In this document: positions 58,153-64,000 of the stretch, one piece after another
How positions within the stretch are numbered: the stretch's first letter is position 1
How the letters are laid out: each line of letters opens with the position of its first letter
Assembly (NCBI GenBank): GCA_043826455.1
Contig: JBDRQD010000057.1
Span: forward strand, 30,462-94,461
Length of the DNA stretch: 64,000 nucleotides
Source: Candidatus Bathyarchaeota archaeon
Lineage (GTDB): Archaea; Thermoproteota; Bathyarchaeia; TCS64
Direction of reading: 5' to 3'
Translations under genes and position numbers: made by a program
The notes under the pieces: generated by a model
What the model was told of the DNA's origin: nothing
The model's input: only the letters and a program-made list of their open reading frames with translations
Databases searched by the model: none

Positions 58153-59016
58153 TTATGGTGCATCGAGGTCAATGATGACCGGAGCGTGGTCACTGGGTTT
58201 TCCCATCCTACCTACAGGCCGACGTTCCTCTCGATCGACCCACACCCGCTCCACCATATCCACCACTCTATCGTCGCCGAGAGCGAGGTCGAAGCGGAGC
58301 CCCTCATTACGATTGAAGGCATCCTTTTTGTATGGCCACCATGTATAGATGCCCGGCTTTTCGGTAGTCACCCGCAGGAGATCCCGTAGCCGATTTCCCT
58401 GCATTTCTTTAAGCCACGACCGCTCTTCCTCCGTGCAGTGAATGCGATCCCGAAGCCCCTCAGGATCCCAAACGTCGCGGTCGTCCGGAGCTACATTGAA
58501 ATCACCCACAACAAGGAGAGACGGCGTCTTCGACAGGCTCTGTAGCCATTTCCCCATTGCCGCCATCCAGTACTGCTTGAGTTTGAACTGATCGCTTTCT
58601 CTCGCCTTGCCATTGACCACATATACGTTAACCAGCCGCAGTTTCCCCACGCATGTAGATACGACCCGTGCTTCATTGGGCACAGGGTCACCAGGGAAAC
58701 CTCGCTGCACATCTGTAGGTAAACCGGGTCCGCTCGCCACGCCAATGACTTCACGATGTGGGTCGTCCGCGTCAAATGCCCAAAGATTACACCGCCGGGT
58801 GTGGTCGCGAACGAGTATCGCAACACCGTTATAACTGGGCTGACCGTGTAGTACAATATTGTACCCGGCAGCACTTAATTGCATAACGGGGAAGCCGCCG
58901 TTGGAGGCCTTCGTCTCTTGTATGCACACAACATCCGGTTTGTGACGACGCAGGACTGTTAACAATCGGGGCAAGCGGGCGCGTACTGAGTTTATATTCC
59001 ACGATATGACGCGCAT
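58153..59016 (-). CDS. xth: Exodeoxyribonuclease III
   Basis: SWNINS, QETK, YNGVAI, GDFNVAP, YTWW, SDHAP. Confidence 0.92.
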   Translation of the reverse strand: MRVISWNINSVRARLPRLLTVLRRHKPDVVCIQETKASNGGFPVMQLSAAGYNIVLHGQPSYNGVAILVRDHTRRCNLWAFDADDPHREVIGVASGPGLPTDVQRGFPGDPVPNEARVVSTCVGKLRLVNVYVVNGKARESDQFKLKQYWMAAMGKWLQSLSKTPSLLVVGDFNVAPDDRDVWDPEGLRDRIHCTEEERSWLKEMQGNRLRDLLRVTTEKPGIYTWWPYKKDAFNRNEGLRFDLALGDDRVVDMVERVWVDREERRPVGRMGKPSDHAPVIIDLDAP

Positions 59017-59203
59017 AATAGTAGATAGGGCTCATTCTTATTGAATATGATGGTGGCATGGTTGACCAATTCAAAAATCCTGAATAAAATTCAGTAGGCG
59101 CTCTGTCATGACTGATAGTAGAGTGGAGAGGGATATTAAAAACAAGAGATGGTTAATCCCTGCGAGTGCTACACAAATTTATCGTTGTATATTCATCTGC
59201 TAT

Positions 59204-60778
59204 CTACGGGAAAGACAACCCCTCATAAACCCTTTTTCCGGCTAATATCCACTTATCCAGTATCCTCTCAACCTCTTCGATAGCACCTATTTCCTCTTCG
59301 CTAAATGTATAGAGATCATACCAGCCATTAACAATTCGCTCAAGCAACAGGCGCCACTTATCTACGGTCCTCTCACTAATGACCGGATTCGACTCAAAGA
59401 AGTTAAGTATTGTTTCGGGATCCCTCTCTCGGATATACTGTTTCACGCATCGAATAAATTCGTCAAAAAGATGATCGCTTTCAACAAATTGCTGTACTAT
59501 GTCGTATCCGGCATCTCGATACAAAGCCTGTAATTCATCTTTAGTCATGCTTACTAGGTGTCGTACTTCACTGGGCCAGCTTTCAATTTCATTCTCCTCA
59601 ATACGGGATTGTGCAATGAAATCCTGAAGGACCCGGATACTGTAATAGAGCTTGATCTTATCTTCTTCTAACAGCACTAGGCTAGAATAGTCGCGGATAT
59701 TTACAGCCTTGGATCTGATGACCGCTTTGGGACACACTTCTTGTATGATGCCAAAACGGTACGCCAGGCCGTTTTCAATTGTGCCAAGGACGCCGGGGTC
59801 AGACAAAGTCTTTTGCATGATGCTCTGGAAATCATCAAAATCAAGGTTAATTGGAACGTCTGGCATTTCAGACTGCCAACCGCCCGCTACTCTCCCATTG
59901 TAAACAACCAACATATTTGGCCCGATTCTGCCATCAGCATTATATTTGACTGCGGGCTTTCCTTGTTCGTTTCGGAAGGCGTCCTCCTCAAACACCTCGA
60001 TTCTCTTCTTCAGAGTTTCTTTGTCACGTAAGTTAGCTGCCAAATCCGATAAGAGAAGCTTAGCAAACGTGACCTCAAACTCATAACCGGATTCTAACTT
60101 GACAGTGAAGGCGTATTCGGTAAGCTTTACCTTGTCATGCAATGGATCGTAACGGGTTAGCTTCTCCCCTGAAATCGCCTTACATAGGTCGTCCACCAGA
60201 GCTTCTTCACCTTCTAGCGAGTGAAACATCAGAAGAAAACCATCCTCATTTGCGTATTCGGTTTCAAATATTCTAATGAGATCAATAACATACTGCAGTG
60301 GGTTCTGATTAGGCAGAGCAATTTTTTCTACATGATGGGTGTCGAGGCTTACCCTGACATAGATTTTTCTGCCATATTCTTTGTGTTTACCTCTTTGGAA
60401 TGCATCATACATCTTACGGACTATTTCCCTTGCTGATTCCTTATCCCTTGCCCAATGAGCACCAGTAACCATCCATGTAATATCGGCGTTCGTCTCCTCT
60501 ATGATCCGGTACATTAATTCCGGTTCAAGAAAACCCTCTCCGCCTCCGGACACCAAAAAATAGCCGGTATTGGAGTCACGAACGAGCTTCATCAAGCTAG
60601 AAAGCCTAGACTCGGTCATCGTGTTAGTCGAGTTCCTGCCCTCGGACATGTTCGAAAAGAACATACAATGTTTGCAGCCTACAGGGCAACGAGAGTTGAT
60701 GAGCACACAAATGAATCCATTACCGTCGAACCTAATTTTTGGCTTGAGCTTTACATTGTCAATTATCTTTTTTCGCAA
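59204..60778 (-). CDS. Radical SAM-domain protein of unknown function
   Basis: CPVGCKHC, SGGGEGF, TGAHWA, SLDTHH; long helical C-terminus. Confidence 0.78.
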   Translation of the reverse strand: MRKKIIDNVKLKPKIRFDGNGFICVLINSRCPVGCKHCMFFSNMSEGRNSTNTMTESRLSSLMKLVRDSNTGYFLVSGGGEGFLEPELMYRIIEETNADITWMVTGAHWARDKESAREIVRKMYDAFQRGKHKEYGRKIYVRVSLDTHHVEKIALPNQNPLQYVIDLIRIFETEYANEDGFLLMFHSLEGEEALVDDLCKAISGEKLTRYDPLHDKVKLTEYAFTVKLESGYEFEVTFAKLLLSDLAANLRDKETLKKRIEVFEEDAFRNEQGKPAVKYNADGRIGPNMLVVYNGRVAGGWQSEMPDVPINLDFDDFQSIMQKTLSDPGVLGTIENGLAYRFGIIQEVCPKAVIRSKAVNIRDYSSLVLLEEDKIKLYYSIRVLQDFIAQSRIEENEIESWPSEVRHLVSMTKDELQALYRDAGYDIVQQFVESDHLFDEFIRCVKQYIRERDPETILNFFESNPVISERTVDKWRLLLERIVNGWYDLYTFSEEEIGAIEEVERILDKWILAGKRVYEGLSFP

Positions 60779-61172
60779 AGCCCGGGGGTTTTCAAAGGGA
60801 TTAAAGGCTAGAGCGCTTGATATGTTCCTTTACCTCATCATCAAAAACAAATAGGATAATATATTCTTTAATGAAATACGATTATTGTCTTTGCCCTTTT
60901 ACGGTAAAGATACGATCGGGTAATGATAAATCAAGCATCTTCTCAGCGAAGCATATCGCGTGCCGTGCAGCTAAGGACTAAAGGAAAATTAGAACTGTGT
61001 TGGAAGCTTTGTGGGAGGACTCCGTAAAAACTGAGTAACTATTGTTTCGAATTGCTACAAAAATATGAAGCTTTTCAAGTTCGAGAAGATGCTGAAAGAG
61101 AATTTTTTTTCATGATAATGATTCATATATTTCAGAAAATTTAAAAAATAGTAAGTCATCTTTTAGTCCAAG

Positions 61173-63110
61173 ATGAAAATCGAAAAGATCGCAATAAAAA
61201 ATTACCGTTCATTAAAAGATATTGAGATTTTTTTTAATCATATAGTGATATTTATAGGAAGAAACAATAGTGGGAAATCGTCTATACTTCAGGCAATAAA
61301 TAATTTTTATACACCTAATGCTAATACAACGATCCAAGATTTTTATAACGGAAAGACTGAAGTGCCAATTGAGATTACTATCGAATTTAAAGATTTTACA
61401 CCAAATGAGATCGAAGAATTTGGAACATATATTCAGGAAGAAAAACTAATTGTAAAAAAAATAATAAGATGGAACGAAGATACTTTTAAACCAATTGAGG
61501 AATATTATTCGTATACTAAACAGATTCCTGAGTTCTCGGAGATACGTAATTCTGTTGGAGCGATGGTAAAAAGAGAGGCCTTTACAAAACTTGTAGAGAA
61601 AGGTACGCTACCAGGTCTCTCTGGAAAAGCTTCAAGTGAACGGGTTGTAGAGGAGTTGATGAATGGATATGAGGCCGAACATCCTGAAAAAATGGAAGTA
61701 GTGCCAACAAAAGGAACATTTTTTGGAGCAAGAAACGTCGGAGCCGGGATTCTTGACAAATTCACGAAATTGATATTCCTACCAGCTGTTAAAGAAGCCG
61801 AGGAAGAAACACAGGGTAATAGAAGTGCAATTGACCAGTTACTAGATATAATAGTTCTCGAAAAAATAGAACAAAGAGAAGATCTACAAAAATTCAAAGC
61901 AACTGTTACTCAGCAAATAATAGATAAATATAGCCCGGAAAATTTAGGTGAACTCGATAGTCTTTCACACGATATTTCAACAGTTCTTAACAGATATTCT
62001 CCAGGATCAGAAATACGTCTAAATTGGAATGAACCCATGCCCCCCGAGATCAATCTTCCTTCCGTATCTCGTACGGTATTTGAAGATAACTATGAAGCCG
62101 ATGTTACACATAAAGGACATGGGCTCCAAAGAGCAATCATTCTTACACTTTTAGAGTATTTGACATTGATTAAGGCGAAAATTACGGATAAAAACGCCGA
62201 GGAAGACCATCCCCCGATTCGTATAGATACAATATTAGCCATTGAAGAACCTGAACTCTACTTACATCCAGCACGATGCAGGTATTTTTCGGATATTCTA
62301 CTCAGGTTAGCAAAACAAGAACGAGATGTCGGACAATCTAGTACACAAGTTATCTACACAACACATTCCCCATTCTTTATCGGATTGGAGCGTTTTGACG
62401 ACCTGAGACTTTGTCGGAAAATAAAACAAGAAGAGGGTGCTCCTTTTACAAATATTGATTCATTCACCATAGATCAGGCCGGGAAAAGGTTCAATGAGAT
62501 TTGCGAAGGACGTACGTACCGTGATCCTGTAGCCAATTTCAGAGTTCGTTCAATACCCGTGATGAACACGATTATGAATGAAGGCTTCTTTGCCGATTTC
62601 ATCGTAATCGTCGAGGGACAATCAGATTTCGGAGTCCTTTGGAAGCTACAGGAGTTAACAAAGAAGGACTGGAATAAACACTCGATAGCTATCTTAACTA
62701 CCGGTGGTAAGGGAGGGACGATTAACTCGAAGATTATCTTTGACGGTCTGAATATTCCCAACTATCTTCTTTTTGACAAAGACCGGGGAAGTGAGATGCA
62801 GAACAAGAGGATACTAAATCTATTGAATAGTAAAGAAAAAACTCTCCCTGCTCAGAAGATTTTCGATAACTGGGCATACAACGACTATAATTTAGAGGAA
62901 GAGTTGGAGAACGCTTTGACAAAAGATGTCTATGAGAGCATTTGGGATGAGATAAACAAAGAACTTGACTGCGACGACGAGCGGATAAGGAAAAATCCTG
63001 AGATGTGGGCAAGGTTCACGGAGATTGCGTATGGTAGAGGACTGAAATTTCCTCATTTTGAGGAAATAATCGAAAAGATAGATGCTCTACATAAAAAAAT
63101 AGTAGTTTGA
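61173..63110 (+). CDS. OLD-family ABC-ATPase/TOPRIM nuclease
   Basis: GRNNSGKS, GHGLQR, IEEPELYLHP, TTHSP, VEGQSD, FDKD. Confidence 0.9.
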   Translation: MKIEKIAIKNYRSLKDIEIFFNHIVIFIGRNNSGKSSILQAINNFYTPNANTTIQDFYNGKTEVPIEITIEFKDFTPNEIEEFGTYIQEEKLIVKKIIRWNEDTFKPIEEYYSYTKQIPEFSEIRNSVGAMVKREAFTKLVEKGTLPGLSGKASSERVVEELMNGYEAEHPEKMEVVPTKGTFFGARNVGAGILDKFTKLIFLPAVKEAEEETQGNRSAIDQLLDIIVLEKIEQREDLQKFKATVTQQIIDKYSPENLGELDSLSHDISTVLNRYSPGSEIRLNWNEPMPPEINLPSVSRTVFEDNYEADVTHKGHGLQRAIILTLLEYLTLIKAKITDKNAEEDHPPIRIDTILAIEEPELYLHPARCRYFSDILLRLAKQERDVGQSSTQVIYTTHSPFFIGLERFDDLRLCRKIKQEEGAPFTNIDSFTIDQAGKRFNEICEGRTYRDPVANFRVRSIPVMNTIMNEGFFADFIVIVEGQSDFGVLWKLQELTKKDWNKHSIAILTTGGKGGTINSKIIFDGLNIPNYLLFDKDRGSEMQNKRILNLLNSKEKTLPAQKIFDNWAYNDYNLEEELENALTKDVYESIWDEINKELDCDDERIRKNPEMWARFTEIAYGRGLKFPHFEEIIEKIDALHKKIVV

Positions 63111-63112
63111 TA

Positions 63113-63430
63113 TTACCAGCTTGCTTTGTCGAGTTTTTTCTTTTTATAGATAAGCACTAACTCTCTCCACCTTCCTATGGGATTTGGAGTGAAGAGATTG
63201 CCGGTGTAACCCCATTCAAGAACTGAGTCTTCCTTGAAGCACCTTACATCACCTCGTAGCCTACATAAGCCCCATAGACCGTGATTTTTCCTATTTACAT
63301 CATAGCCATAGTAATCGGGCTCAACTTCACGCATGGTGTACTTGCCTTTTGTGCGTTCAGAATAGTATTTAATCGTCAGAGTCCTGTGCTCGACAGCGGC
63401 TTTTATCCAAGCATCTTGTAGGGATAACAT
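63113..63430 (-). CDS. Stand-alone WYL-domain protein
   Basis: IKYYS...REVEP...GLCRLRGDVRCFK. Confidence 0.7.
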   Translation of the reverse strand: MLSLQDAWIKAAVEHRTLTIKYYSERTKGKYTMREVEPDYYGYDVNRKNHGLWGLCRLRGDVRCFKEDSVLEWGYTGNLFTPNPIGRWRELVLIYKKKKLDKASW

Positions 63431-63564
63431 CTCACATTTTTCACATAATGGTTACTATTAAAAATATTTACAGGGTGAGATCAAATAATATGACTATTGT
63501 AATTCAAGAGCAGTCAAGCTCGATTAAATTAAACAATACTATCATTCAAAGAAATAAAGCGCGC

Positions 63565-64000
63565 GGGCTGATTAAATAATTCAGGTTAATTGGGAGACCA
63601 CTCCTTGACATCATGGGTACAGGATGAAGGAGACTGGTTCTCCCAAACAATTATTCGAGAACCTGGATTTAACCCCTATCCAACCCCCCCTCTGGACTAG
63701 GCTACACCAACACGGCCCAGGGAGACCCGTCCAATACAACCCCGAGTCTGACCTCAAAGCATTGATGTTATGACAACTCCTCCAAATACCCTACATCAAA
63801 GACCTCGTCAAACGCCTACGAAGAGAACAAAGTCTACGAGAAGCCTGCGGCTACAACGACACCGTCCCAACAGAGGCCCACTTCACCCAGATGAAGAAAC
63901 GAGTAGGAGCAGAAGGCTTCCGCATCATCGAAGCCTGGTTGCGCCACGTAGCCCTCAAACGTAGAGCCAGTCAGCCGCTGTCAGCCACAGGTCTGGTCTA
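63565..64000 (+). mobile_element. Second IS5/IS1182-like element (partial); transposase from 63624 with in-frame TGA at 63771
   Basis: GCGCGC (63559-64) then GGGCTGATTAAATAA; ORF ...HGPGRP...LKALML*QLLQIP...LREACG...HFTQMKKRVG is paralogous to the 57042 transposase. Confidence 0.75.

Larger units (their letters stand above)
53545..64000. mobile_element. tRNA-Ser-linked integrative/defence island (right end outside window)
   Basis: Integrase 61 bp after the tRNA, drop in GC, IS debris, OLD nuclease, WYL protein. Confidence 0.75.

Noticed and set aside
63771..63773. In-frame TGA in the transposase as selenocysteine or readthrough
   Set aside because: Most simply a CGA>TGA nonsense change in a decaying IS; neighbouring transposases are also broken
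1..64000. CRISPR array, cas genes or rRNA
   Set aside because: No regularly spaced direct repeats, cas motifs or rRNA signatures were seen

Overview
GC-rich archaeal chromosome segment. The gene content (thermosome, Rpo5/Rpo12, PAC2, Lhr, AMMECR1, many peptidases, frequent TTG starts) suggests Bathyarchaeia/TACK; this is an inference. Positions 1-53.5 kb are mostly core and metabolic genes: a RadA 3' end, PAC2, Lhr, tandem thermosome genes behind a Phr/HSR1-type regulator, leuACDB, porGDAB, pyrF, rpoP/rpoH and TatD. This part also has a C50-carotenoid cluster (crtI-crtB-lyeJ plus cruF) and an unusual PLP enzyme / MurL-like / ATP-grasp / GNAT cluster. From tRNA-Ser(TGA) at 53461 to the window end lies an AT-richer integrase-led island with nested IS elements, Xth, a radical SAM protein, an OLD nuclease and a stand-alone WYL protein. 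The best finding is an IS110/IS1111-type element inserted at a CT core inside the left terminal inverted repeat of another IS. Its downstream non-coding region carries guide segments matching both that target and its own circle junction, i.e. a readable archaeal bridge/seekRNA. Other notable items are an unassigned ~195-nt structured ncRNA at 1817-2013, an inverted pair of ~340-bp non-coding repeats flanking an 8-kb block, a shared operator before the regulator and thermosome genes, and several unannotated small ORFs. All assignments are by motif recognition only; no database searches were run.
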